Part shown: positions 24,201 through 34,069 of the stretch, in pieces
Layout of the letters: each line of letters begins with the position of its first letter
How positions within the stretch are numbered: position 1 is the stretch's first letter
DNA from: Phoronis australis
Lineage: Eukaryota; Animalia; Phoronida
Length of the DNA stretch: 64,000 nt
Direction: 5' to 3'
Assembly: GCA_002633005.1 (NCBI GenBank)
Contig: NMRA01000088.1
Span: 667,318 to 731,317, forward strand
Notes under the pieces: generated by a model
What the model was told of the DNA's origin: nothing
The model's input: the letters and a program-made list of their open reading frames with translations, nothing else
The model's database searches: none
Position numbers and translations under genes: made by a program

Positions 24201-27200
24201 TCTTATTTGAAATACAGGGCAATATCTCGCTTTTAAGCTAGGTCCTAGCGTTACTGAACTGGAGGCTGGCGTGCGCTAGGACTTAGCTAAAATCTAGCCA
24301 AAGTCACGTGCTCTTAGTTTTAACTAAGAGCACGTGACTTTGGCTGTATTTTAAAAAATACACGGCAATATCTCACGTAATCTCGCAAAGTCTTGCTTTT
24401 TAGCGAGGTCCTAGTGTTACTGAATGGGAGGCTGGTTTAATGAAATCGGCTGCAAGATATTACATCAGAATTTAATCACGACGGTGTAACTTATTGAATT
24501 GAGTGGTTAAAATGCTCATAATTCTCATTGGACAACATGGCGACTTTTCTGAACTGAAAGGCATGTTCAACAGGGTACATCGGTGATGATTTAACTATAA
24601 TACATTTGCAGACAAACTGCTAGAAAAAGCAGTTTTGTACAGTTTTCCGGTACTTGTACCATAGCTATTATGAATCTTATTTTTATTTCAATATGAAGTG
24701 TCCATTCAATTGACCTTGCGTTCTGCTAAATTCTGTTGAAATTGCTCTGGAATCGTTTTTTTTGTTTGATAGTTAGCTTCTTTTCAAGGTATGATTATAT
24801 GTCAAAACTGGACACATTTTTCAAAATAATAAGCACAAAATGCGCTTTTGTTTTATGTTTCGTAACTAGTTACTTTCTACTTCAAAATATATCAAAACAA
24901 CAAAATGTTTAAAATCTTAGTTACATTTGGATTATGAAGTGTGAAGGTCACTCGAATCCTTCTGCGTCACAGCTTCAAATAATTTATTATCATGCTAGTC
25001 AACTTCTAATTTAAGGATGAAAACTTTTATGGTACTCAGTCACCATGGAAACAATTATGCGAACTTGATTCATCCTATATTGCTGAACTTTTCCAAAGTG
25101 CATTCTAAGTTACTTACTGAGGCAAAATGCTGTTAGAATCATTTTAGTTTGCGTATTAATTTGTACTGAGATCACTTTGCTAGGTGTAAGCCTAAGCTAC
25201 AATGAAAATTTTGAAGCCCGTGCGTCCAATATTTTTAAGAGATGTTATTTTTATCTCTCGCGGGAGTGTGACAACAAGTCACAAAATCAGATTTGTGTGG
25301 AAACGGTTAAACCATAGGCATCCTGTAAAAGTAACAAAATTCAGATAAAAGTGACTTTATATATCTTATGTAATGTAATAAGGTGGACGTTTAAAGGGCA
25401 CCAGTTAGCAGCTGACGGGGTAGGGCACATGTTAGACGCATGAACGGTTTCCAAAGTGCTAAAATTGTCACTCGTGTGGCAGCACAGGTTAGACCCATTC
25501 GAAAACATGCATGTAAATAATACTAGTCTTTGGCTAAATTAGAGGTAAGACGTTGAAAACAAAAACGACGCTAGAGTGCAGCATGTAAACGAGGTTTCGA
25601 TATCAATCGAACGAGATCCTCAGGTACAATAAGATCTGATTAAATCAGTTTTTGGCCACAATAAGATCAAAAACCGGACGATCGCCACACAAATAAAAAA
25701 GTTCATGTTCAATTCAACGTTTCGTCTTTTCATTAGACATCATCAGGATCATATTTACAACAATTTAGAACAACAAGTGCCAACATACAGCTCAGGTAAC
25801 ATCCATAGAGAACCAGCATGCCACTGATTCTCTGAATAACATGCAGAGCTCTGTTACCCTGCAGCTATGGTGATGACCAGCTACTGACCATATTCTATGT
25901 ATCTCTCACTTCACTCTATGGGTGTTACCTGAGCTGTATGTTGGCACTTGTTGTTCTTAATTGTTGTAAATATGATCCTGATGATGTCTAATGAAAGGAC
26001 GAAACGTTGAATTGAACATGAACTTTTTTATTTGTGCGGCGATCTTCCGGTTTTTGAATAAGATCTGAGTCGGTGACCCTAGAGTCGACCTAATAGTGCT
26101 CTCGTGGAATGACAGCTAATGTTGATACAATGACAATTTATTGCTGTCACCACGAATTTTATTCACCACGGCTTCGACTGACCATTGAAGCTGATATTCG
26201 CGGGATGAATGATCTGAAAGTTTTTGTGTCCAGACAACTTTGCAATATTACACGTCCTGGTGGCATAAATTTACAACCAAGCGCGGTTTTCGCTATATGC
26301 TCGCTATTCTCAGGGAAATTGGATTTCATTGTCGGGTCCCATAGAGCGAAACTGAATTGGCTTGTTTTCTCCACCTAGTTGTCCACCTCGCACGTGCGCA
26401 AGCAGTGCGCATGCTCGACTCGAAACCGTTTTGTTGCCAGGAAGCTGCCGTACGACGTCGGCAGCTACGAAATCTAAGTCATACAAAACGGTCTTGGTTA
26501 GCAAGACGTGCTCTCGTGGTCACTATACCTCTAAACAAAATCGCTGTGTACGACTATTCAAAAAATCCTGCGTGACCTCCAAACTTCCTCCTGGATATTC
26601 TCGACCCGAGCTATTCATATCATACCTCATGACCTCTTGGTGGAAAATTCCAATGACCTATAATCGTCATAATTTTAACTGAGGGAGTGTCCTGAATGGT
26701 ACAGTAATTACAAAAAATCTATCTGCAATAGGTCAAAAACATTTTTTCCGGTCTGTACTTCGATTCATTGTTAGGCCTGTGCTCACTTAGCTAAATAGAA
26801 AAGCACACAAAGGCATCTATTTCAACCAAGGTATCGAGTGCTTTCTTTAAGTTGCACGAAGGCACGTGAACTAGGGTAAGCAATATTTGAAACGTCATTA
26901 TTCGCCAAGCGATGCATATTTATTTGTAGAAGGCACAGTGGGAGAGGCTCGAAAAGTCCACATAGCTTAGTTTTACCCTTCCAATGGTGTGCATCGCTTA
27001 TAAGTAATTGGCATCATGGCGGTGCAAAATGCCGCAACACTTTTACAACTGGTTGGTTGCATTTGTAGTTCTGTTTGTTGTTCATAATAAATTACTTTAG
27101 CCAGGCTCGTCCCCNNNNNNNNNNNNNNNNNNNNNNNNNNNNNNNNNNNNNNNNNNNNNNNNNNNNNNNNNNNNNNNNNNNNNNNNNNNNNNNNNNNNNN

Positions 27201-30200
27201 NNNNNNNNNNNNNNNNNNNNNNNNNNNNNNNNNNNNNNNNNNNNNNNNNNNNNNNNNNNNNNNNNNNNNNNNNNNNNNNNNNNNNNNNNNNNNNNNNNNN
27301 NNNNNNNNNNNNNNNNNNNNNNNNNNNNNNNNNNNNNNNNNNNNNNNNNNNNNNNNNNNNNNNNNNNNNNNNNNNNNNNNNNNNNNNNNNNNNNNNNNNN
27401 NNNNNNNNNNNNNNNNNNNNNNNNNNNNNNNNNNNNNNNNNNNNNNNNNNNNNNNNGTTGAGTACAAAAATCCCGAATCATCTTTGCGCGAATCAGATGA
27501 ATGTTCAGCTAAAAAATACCGCACCAAAAAAATACAGGCCATGATCAATTATTATACTTATTAGTCTTACGCCACAATTTTGCGGCACAAACAACAAAGC
27601 CTATACGGATTACGTCACCCCAAGTTATCCAAATTATTACTACGAGCCGCTACAGATAAGTCTGGAATATTTGGATTAAGGTCCATGTTAACGTAAACTT
27701 CCGGTTTATATTTTTAGCCAGTCCTGCCCACACAATCAAATGCTTGTTGCAATGCTCGAACAAAGAACAAACAATAAACCCCGGGATTTAGGTAAATATT
27801 AATATATTAAACTGTTTCAAATAAAAATCTTGTCAAACGTGTCATATTTTGTTCTGCATGAAGTCATTTGACTCTGACCACCTGTAAAGGTGATTGCAAA
27901 CAACTTTTGGAAATATTTTCCCAGCTACCTCTAATAAGGATTTTCCTTGTAATTATTCGGATCACCTCGATTTCCCGACTTAAACAAAGAGAAATTTATT
28001 TCCAGTGTCCGTTTTGAGGGATAGGCTCCTGTATCAAATACGCAATTGTTTTCTTGAAAATCATAAGTTAAAGAAAGTTCAGGGTAACAAACTAACGTTT
28101 TTCCCAACGTCAAGGGATGCAAAATTTTACACAAGGTAAAACAATAAACCTGTCATATTTTCTGCTTCCACTATTAACTTTCCACTTTGGACAAGCGTTC
28201 AAAAGTCAAGTAGGCTCGTAGTTAGCCGTTGAAGGGTGAGGCTTGAAATTTGAGTGTCTAGGGTATCCGTTAAGGGTCATTCATTCCAATGTCGAAGTAT
28301 CTTAGATTTAATCCTTAAACACTTTGATTTACAAAACACGCGCAACCTAAAACATGAGAACATTTTAAAAAATAAACGATATTTATTTAGCCGTACGAAA
28401 AAAAAAATTAGATTGTCGGGAGAAAGTATTCAGGCAATGCAGCTCTACGTTTCAATGACCACTGACTATGACAGTAATATTCTCGACGAATAAGTTAAAA
28501 TTTTCGAGTTCAGGCTTTCTCTCGCAGCCGTTGTATTTGTTGATTGTGTCTTTGAATTGTCTATATTCCATGGTTACAAAACCACGTGATCATCAGAAAA
28601 AAAAAAGAAATTATAGACCGGTCGACGACAGACCTGACAAGACCTTTTATTCTTTCAAAGTACGCCGTACGCAGACTTAAGCATGGGCAGCGCACCATAG
28701 GGGGCTGGGAGCTATAACGCCCCACTTATTTCAGTTCTGCGTCGCCCATGGTCACATAGGCGGCGCACCATAGGGGACGGGGGCTATACCCCCACTTATT
28801 TCAGTGCTGCGCCGCCCATGGCATAGGCGGCACACCATTGGGGGATGGGGGGCTAGAATCCCCCACTTATTTCAGTGCTGCGCCGCCCATGTTAATCGGG
28901 AAGCAGCTGGAGCGCAAAATCTGCATCAAATCTCGTAAGTAAACCACGCGCGAGAACCTGAAGAAGGTGTCAAATCTTTGTACTCGACAACTGGCTAACT
29001 ACATGGCATGCTACTAGTTTGCACGCAAATCTTATGGCGTAGTTGATCGCTTCTTAGTCTGAGTCTGAGCAGAGATTTGATCCTAAGCCCTGAATCGACT
29101 AGATATGCAATACTACGAAACTCAAAGATGAATACAATTTCTGTTCATGTTTGACGGCCCAGTTCTGGCTATTAAGAGCAACAACTGATGTCCCGAACAA
29201 AAGTAGTTATTTGACAGAAATGTTACTTATATAATGCCTGACATTCCTTATCAAAAGCCACGCAATAAGAAATTGTGAATCCAAGGCTTGTTAACACAAA
29301 ACGTTTTCATGAGTTATGCATTTGTTAATGCCCGAGTTTTCTTTTACCACCAGCTACCTGAGCCACAATTCCTGGGAATCTGGAAATTTAGAGCCGCAGA
29401 GGCGGAAACTTAATAGAATTAATGAACTCCTGGTAATTTTCCATACGACGGGAGGTGCCATTGGCGATGCTCGAATCAGCCAACACAAAATGCTATGCAT
29501 GCACTATCGAAAGAAACCCAATGATACGATGTTCTTAACTTGTAACACATGGCGATGTATCACGAAGACGTGTGAGATGTCGTCAAACACACAAGAAAAA
29601 TGTTTCACGGATCCTGCTATGGCTGAGAAATCTTCTCTTCTGCTTACCTCCGCCATTTTTGATACACAGGTATGGAAATCTCCATATGTTGCCTATGCCA
29701 ACAGCGTAACCAATGCAGGACAACAGGAACTCGCAGCTGTTTCCCCAATTCCCTCTCTTGTTTTCGTTCTGCCTTGAACTGTCAGTTGTTGTGACTTCAC
29801 TGTACAGTGATTGGGCAGTTTCATCATCGTTAGTAGCCTGTAACTAGACAGATCATGGTATAATATAAAACGAGCTGCAAAATATGCAACCAAGAATAAG
29901 AATGAATCATTCTAAACTTTTGTGCATTGTTTCTAACATTTAAAAACATGCCTTACTTCTAGAAGCATTGTTCGCCTTTTATGTGAAATAATCGGCTACA
30001 GGAGTACATTATAAATCTGTCGTGGAACCAACCGTAGTCCCGCATGGACCTATTCGCTGATCACCGCCATTTTGATATGCGCAAAGATTGCTGGGAAAAC
30101 TTTTGGACAAGTGTTCGGAGGAGATTCGCCTGTAGGGTGCTGCGTGTGAGTGTGAGTAGTCGGAGCTGCCAACATGAAAGGTGTGTTCAAATTTGGTTAT

Positions 30201-30761
30201 AGGTTTTCTCTATCACTTGCAGACTTCGTAGCGTGAAAAGTATATCATTGTGAGATCAAATTTCATTCATATGATAAGTAAATATATAAGAATTTTTAGT
30301 CTAATGCGCTATGAGTAAAAACACTCTCTGCTACAATTCGAAAGTTGCTTCTAAAATGGGCGTAAAAATTGTTGATAGATATTTTTAGTTCATCTAACGG
30401 AAATAACGTGTTCTTTGTTTCCTTACAATTTCCTCCCATAATTCAACAGTTCATCCTCTCCGATCAGTCGGGTATGAAATAGGGAGACCGTGGATAACTG
30501 GAACAGGTGAAGACATAACACAGCTTATTTTGTTTAATTTCAAGTCATATAAGCGTTAACATTAAGAAGAGAGGTGTAGACCAAATAAAAACAACAAAAA
30601 CATTTGAAAAAAAAAACAACCCATGGAGAAGTCAAGGATTTTCCGCTGTCAACCATGCTTCAACTTATCTCCTTTATGGCATGTTGGGACTCGTTAAAAA
30701 TTACAGAAACTGATGTAAAACGAGGTTTCCTTACAATTAGTTCCCCTGTATTCCCATCCAT
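110..30761 (-). CDS. SLC6 family Na+/Cl- dependent transporter, glycine transporter (GlyT1/GlyT2)-like; multi-exon gene, 3' end beyond the left edge of the window
   Basis: Ten exons (1401 nt, 467 codons including the candidate start exon) splice GT-AG with matching phases. They give SLC6 motifs in order: [35 protein letters not shown]; LELALGQF; YYNVIMSW; LPWTKC; EEYW; [29 protein letters not shown]; [27 protein letters not shown]; [20 protein letters not shown]; [12 protein letters not shown]; GLDSQFGMLE. The exact ortholog cannot be determined by eye. Confidence 0.93.
641..715. repeat. Compound trinucleotide microsatellite (AAT/GAC/GAT)
   Basis: aataataataatgat...gatgatgatgatgatgaa. Confidence 0.8.
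2199..2311 (-). CDS. SLC6 exon (EL4-TM8): [38 protein letters not shown]
   Basis: Acceptor ccgttaaag|GT, donor CAG|gtaggt; 113 nt, phase 1/0. Confidence 0.93.
2642..2766 (-). CDS. SLC6 exon (TM7): [43 protein letters not shown]
   Basis: Acceptor tatttttcag|G, donor CAAG|gtatgg; 125 nt, phase 2/1; not in the ORF track. Confidence 0.93.
3769..3867. mobile_element. Short GC-rich MITE (CAGTGGCG...GGATCCGCCCCTG type)
   Basis: Terminal cagtggcg / cgcccctg inverted ends around poly-G/poly-C tracts; related ends near 13400-13440 and 22900-23055. Confidence 0.6.
4709..4812 (-). CDS. SLC6 exon (TM6): [35 protein letters not shown]
   Basis: Acceptor ccatttcag|GTT, donor TACAG|gtattt; 104 nt, phase 0/2. 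Confidence 0.95.
5581..5715 (-). CDS. SLC6 exon (TM5-EL3): [45 protein letters not shown]
   Basis: Acceptor cttttttcag|GTT, donor TCC|gtgagt; 135 nt, phase 0/0. Confidence 0.95.
6321..6817. repeat. Interspersed repeat, copy A (inverted relative to 14626-15143)
   Basis: Shared blocks such as taatgcgaacgggaggtttcaacc, ggtataaacag and aaatctgagtcgggatcaa match the reverse complement of 14626-15143. Confidence 0.8.
7643..8033. mobile_element. MITE with ~24-bp TIRs and AT TSD (ISL2EU/PHIS-type)
   Basis: caAT|agggccgcccaggattacacaatg ... catcgtgtgatccaggacggccct|ATtg. Confidence 0.75.
8067..8199 (-). CDS. SLC6 exon (EL2 end-TM4): [44 protein letters not shown]
   Basis: Acceptor gtgtttcag|G, donor AAG|gtataa; 133 nt, phase 2/0; not in the ORF track. 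Confidence 0.93.
9042..9351 (-). CDS. SLC6 exon (TM3-EL2): [41 protein letters not shown]...TPAEEYWT
   Basis: Acceptor catcttgtag|GT, donor TGGAC|gtaag; 310 nt, phase 1/2. Confidence 0.94.
11739..12139. mobile_element. Fold-back MITE, PIF/Harbinger-like, CAG TSD; family fragments near 36930-37025, 56560-56810 and 61080-61190
   Basis: CAG|ggaccggtctc ... gagaccgggcc|CAG. The inverted arms extend more than 100 bp, and gaactcaaga..tgtct.ttattct.tgctcgagtac recurs at the other sites. Confidence 0.75.
12978..13109 (-). CDS. SLC6 exon (TM2): [45 protein letters not shown]
   Basis: Acceptor ttcatttcag|GC, donor AAAG|gtaggc; 132 nt, phase 1/1. Confidence 0.95.
13779..13870 (+). mobile_element. Decayed LINE AP-endonuclease fragment
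   Basis: [11 protein letters not shown] resembles the APE motif GDFNIHV; followed by a frameshifted VDKP..G..D segment. Confidence 0.35.
14626..15143. repeat. Interspersed repeat, copy B (inverted relative to 6321-6817)
   Basis: See copy A. Confidence 0.8.
15251..15490. repeat. Palindromic/tandem array of GC-rich units spaced by TATATTAATATA
   Basis: 15251-15363 folds back on itself (cccgctctccggccgc / gcggccggagagcggg); further units follow to about 15490. Confidence 0.75.
16763..16913 (+). pseudogene. Degenerate THAP zinc-finger 5' exon of a DNA transposase
   Basis: MANRHSCV...LSFY / frameshift / [22 protein letters not shown] then gtaaaa; fits the THAP pattern C..C..LSFH.FPKD...W..AI.RD. 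Confidence 0.6.
18310..19230. repeat. Inverted arrays of ~15-bp units (ttcgaaggttcgcta / tagtgaacttcgga), probable non-autonomous DNA transposon arms
   Basis: The unit array at 18310-18400 mirrors the array at 19125-19230. Confidence 0.5.
18485..18609. repeat. Two tandem copies of the ~65-bp mini-MITE also seen at 28682-28891
   Basis: ggggagctatag..cccacttatttcagtgctgcgc repeated twice. Confidence 0.75.
20870..21075. mobile_element. 206-bp MITE with perfect 15-bp TIR and 5-bp TSD
   Basis: AGATG|catgcgcgcacccag ... ctgggtgcgcgcatg|AGATG. Confidence 0.75.
23353..24119. repeat. 383-bp tandem duplication joined by a single N (likely assembly artefact)
   Basis: 23353-23735 and 23737-24119 differ at only two positions that I could see; N at 23736. 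Confidence 0.9.
24135..24431. mobile_element. MITE (cgctaggacct family) nested in the Harbinger end; partial second copy at 54091-54230
   Basis: gcgtgc.ttcagtagacgctaggaccta..taggacctag is shared with 54091; internal inverted repeats; flanked by CTG on both sides. Confidence 0.65.
25716..25746 (-). ncRNA. Minimal hammerhead ribozyme-like motif (Penelope type)
   Basis: CTGATGA-T-GTCT-aatgaaa-AGAC-GAAAC-GTT; stem I is weak. Confidence 0.55.
25978..26008 (+). ncRNA. Minimal hammerhead ribozyme-like motif (Penelope type)
   Basis: CTGATGA-T-GTCT-aatgaaa-GGAC-GAAAC-GTT; stem I is weak. Confidence 0.55.
27115..27456. other. Assembly gap (342 N)
   Basis: Run of N. Confidence 1.
28682..28891. repeat. 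Three tandem copies of a ~65-70-bp mini-MITE with CATRGGCGGCGCA TIRs
   Basis: cataggcggcgcaccatagggg...cccacttatttcagtgctgcgccgcccatg x3. Confidence 0.85.
29648..29837 (-). CDS. SLC6 exon (N-tail and TM1): [64 protein letters not shown]
   Basis: Contains the SLC6 signature WRFPYLC.KNGGG. Donor GGAG|gtaagc; acceptor tagttacag|GCT, with an in-frame TAG just upstream. There is no in-frame Met, so an upstream coding exon is needed. Confidence 0.92.
30735..30761 (-). CDS. Candidate start-codon micro-exon of the SLC6 gene (MDGNTGELI); exon 30735-30766
   Basis: cctttctag|AAAGC ATG G (A at -3, G at +4) ... ATT|gtaagg; the phase-0 end matches the next exon. Confidence 0.5.
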
Positions 30762-31440
30762 GCTTTCTAGAAAGGACACGAAATCGTTTGAAACGATAGA
30801 AAAAAATGCGAAACAAGGATTACAATAAGACTGCATGCTTGCTATTTTAAAATCAATTTGTAAACGTTAGTTCGCAATACTGTTGCGTTCATCAAATATT
30901 CACAGTGCGCATACTTGACATTCCCATACGCTGTACCACGAACAATTCTGGCACATGAACAAATGCACGCCACTCCAAGAGATTTAATTTGGTACTCAGT
31001 AGTTATGCACACAGATGTGAAACACCATCCACACAGCCAGTGTAAGTATGGCGCCGTGCGTTTCTACTATGGATTCCGCAGAATGGAGTTCCAGGTGATG
31101 TTATATAACGCGTACCGTTTTGTTCATTAGCACTGATTCCCAGAATTTAGCGGGCTAATTATTCAGACTTAAACGACTAATCTATAGACAGCCGAAACGG
31201 GAAAATTTCCAAATACTTATTTTACTCTGCTAAAACTGAAATAAAGACCAAAACAAGAATTTCCAATTATCGGTGATAAAGTTATTCATTGGGGTTTCCT
31301 TTTTCACTACAGAAATTACTTCATATAGATCAATAAACTGTGGTCCAGAAAAGAAATTAACCCATCAACAAAAATGTGACCACAGTATAACAAAAAATGT
31401 CACAGGAAATAAGTTTCACACGCCAGTGACTACTCATTAG

Positions 31441-31490
31441 CACGTGACCACGGAAATGATGACGTCATTCACTTGAAGCAAGATGGCCGA
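31441..31490. promoter_or_regulatory. Motif cluster (E-box CACGTG, CRE TGACGTCA, YY1-like CAAGATGGCC) about 0.7 kb upstream of the candidate SLC6 start exon
   Basis: The motifs fall within 50 bp; function is inferred only. Confidence 0.2.
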
Positions 31491-31506
31491 GTCAGATGAT
31501 TACTGT

Positions 31507-31930
31507 GCCGGGTTGCATGAAACAGCCCCAAATAGGGACTCAACTAAGTTCCCTAAACCCTCAGCGTATTTTTGGACTTAGAAAACATCGATTGCCCTTT
31601 CTTGTATTGTTCTAGTTTCATTATTAAGTCAACTTTTGACTTTGATACAAATCGAGAGTGAACTCTACATTGAATTGTCAATATTATCGAAAATAAGTAG
31701 GGATCTTTTCATGCAACACCCCCAATTTAAAGACTGAGTCACTTTTTTGATGAACTCTGGGCTCAATTTTAGTTACATTATCAGAAAATGTCATTAACGA
31801 AAGAGGAGCTCACAATTAAGATTAAATGATAGGAAAATATTGCACCTGTGAGTCCATAAAGACACAAATACGCAAAAAGACTTAGGGACCTTAGATGAGT
31901 CCCTGTATGGGACTGTTTCATACAACTGGC
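31507..31930. mobile_element. MITE with ~50-bp imperfect TIRs
   Basis: gttgcatgaaacagccccaaatagggactcaactaagttccctaa vs ttagggaccttagatgagtccctgtatgggactgtttcatacaac; tactgt on both flanks. Confidence 0.75.
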
Positions 31931-34069
31931 TACTGTTGTCTACACCAGCCAATCATTCACATTTCATCAGAATGTACTGAGAGGTTTGTATTTGTTGAGA
32001 AATGATCCCAGACAAGATCCTTTTTGACTATACCAAACGACCATTTGATTTATGCGGGATTCAGATTTTGGAAGAAGTGTTGGGAGTATTTCCGTTGCTA
32101 TCTTTCAGACATATTACAGAGGGACGATGCTTCCATAAATGATCCCAGAGAAGAGCTTTCTAACTGAGTGTGACTGGCCTGTTACTGTTTAGAGTACAGT
32201 TCAGACACAAGACTAAGACTGCTTGCAACCTGTTTGGCATTCCATTTTAGATCAATCATAAAAATCATTTTGTTTTGTGTCATTTGCTCAGGTTATCAGA
32301 TTTTGAATTCAGAGCCTGATGGTCATAGGTAAACTTGATATAAATTCAACAAACAAAAGTATGTAGAATTTCAAAATCTTAGCTTGGTAAAGACAAAAAT
32401 TTGTCCGAACCGCGTTCATAACTCTAACGAAGGCTAGTCAAGCGGCACTGTACAAACGTCTACAAATCGAATTAACGGGCTATTTATTTCATACAGGCCT
32501 AGATTAATTCGTTATTATCGTGTAAAATCCGTTAGGGGTAACACGTGACAGACTTGAAATTCCATAGGTTAACGCGTTAATCTGTAAAACCCATACTGAC
32601 CGTCTTNATTGTCGCCCCCGCCGCCTCCCACCCCCACCTCCCACCCCCACCTCCGGGAGCTGCCAATTTTGTGGCCCCGGTGAGCGCCAGTTCGCGCCAC
32701 CGTCCAACCGAGCAAGATCAGCATTGCACACACAGGATAACGTGATCATAATGAGCACGTGTTCAAGTCATTATTCATTCGTTGTAACCAGATGTCAGCT
32801 CATGTTCTTTGAACAACCCTACTCGGTAGCAAAGATACTGTGTACTGGTGTATAATATCTTTGTCGGTAGTCTGCTGGGTACGGGCTGGCTCCTAAAACG
32901 AAAGTTAAGATCTAATCGCGATCGTGTTTGCGACATAAAACAACTTGAGAGTCGTGGATAATCTTCCGTTTATCTTTCACTCCACAGAGCGATAAAATTG
33001 TTGTTATATACATTTAAGAGCATCCTTGAAATAAAAATTGGAACACACGTACTAAACCATGTTTGTCCATTATCGTTTGACCTTCATATGGTTGGGTTGA
33101 AAAAGCATGTAGTTGTTGCTTCATTAATGAACCAAAATTTAAGTATGTATTTGACATTTATGGTAAAGAACACATGTACGTGAACTGTATTTCACCCAGT
33201 CACGCACCAATTGTCCATATGACACACGAAGGTGATAGGGGAGACAAAAAGTATGAACAAAAATGGGTAACAAGATTTAGACAAAAAAATAAAAACGGAA
33301 GATATTGTTAATTTTGCTCGGGGATCAGTCGAGCGTATGGCAAGCAAATGGACCTGCCGTAGCGTGAGACTTTATACATGGCTGAAGGTCCGTGACTCCC
33401 ATTTCATCTTCAGACCTGTGTAACCAACTTTTGAACATATCTTCAACAGCAACGTGTTCTCTGAAAAAACGACTATTTATTGAATTGAAATTGAATGTGT
33501 GTGTGTTCACATGTTACGTCATCACTCGAGGGGGAGGGAGTTTGGAAAAGATGACCATTTAGGACAAGGGGGAGGGGGGGTTATACTCGTAGTGACGTCA
33601 TCACGTGGTTTATTAAAATATCTCCGTCACAGTACATATCGTTAAGATATTGGTTCACCTTCTAGCAGAATTAACTAATTCCAAACCGGGACCTGCCGTT
33701 TTACACTTCCAAGATTTCACTAGGATTAACTTATATACATGTAAACAAACAAACGACAGTCCCACTCCATCTCTGCTTATCACTGACAATCGTCACAGTG
33801 ACGAAGCTCATTGGGGCATGATGAGGACCTCTAGAGACAGGCGAGGTCATGTTTTGCAGGGGACAGGATTTACATTTGGAGCTCGTTATGGATACGCGTA
33901 TATGTAGTGTTGCGACGGAACTTATTTTTTCATTATCATATGAGTTGTTTTACTTTGCTTTCATGCTATGCATAAGCTTCAAGTTTCATTGTTAAATTTC
34001 GAGTTTTGCTCTCCAGATTGCCTATTTAGTGGAAACTGGCCACAGAGTAACGGAAGTCGATAGCGTTGT

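Larger units (their letters stand above)
22526..24452 (-). mobile_element. Decayed PIF/Harbinger element with Myb/SANT-like DNA-binding remnant
   Basis: Ends cagacgatttcata / aatgaaatcggctg; subterminal palindromic aaacctggtttaa repeats. The minus strand reads [37 protein letters not shown] at 23465-23614 (duplicated at +384). Confidence 0.6.
25668..26056. mobile_element. 389-bp fold-back element (143-bp inverted arms, 8-bp TSD AATAAGAT), probably derived from a Penelope pLTR
   Basis: Arms 25668-25810 and 25914-26056 are near-perfect reverse complements; aataagat at 25660-25667 and 26057-26064. Confidence 0.85.

Noticed and set aside
26973-27548. Long ORFs of 128-191 aa
   Set aside because: Artefacts of the N gap.
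28682-28891. CRISPR-like array (also 52809-52945)
   Set aside because: No unique spacers, no cas genes, and the context is eukaryotic.
29316-29777. 153-aa plus-strand ORF
   Set aside because: Antisense shadow of the TM1 exon, with no recognisable domain.
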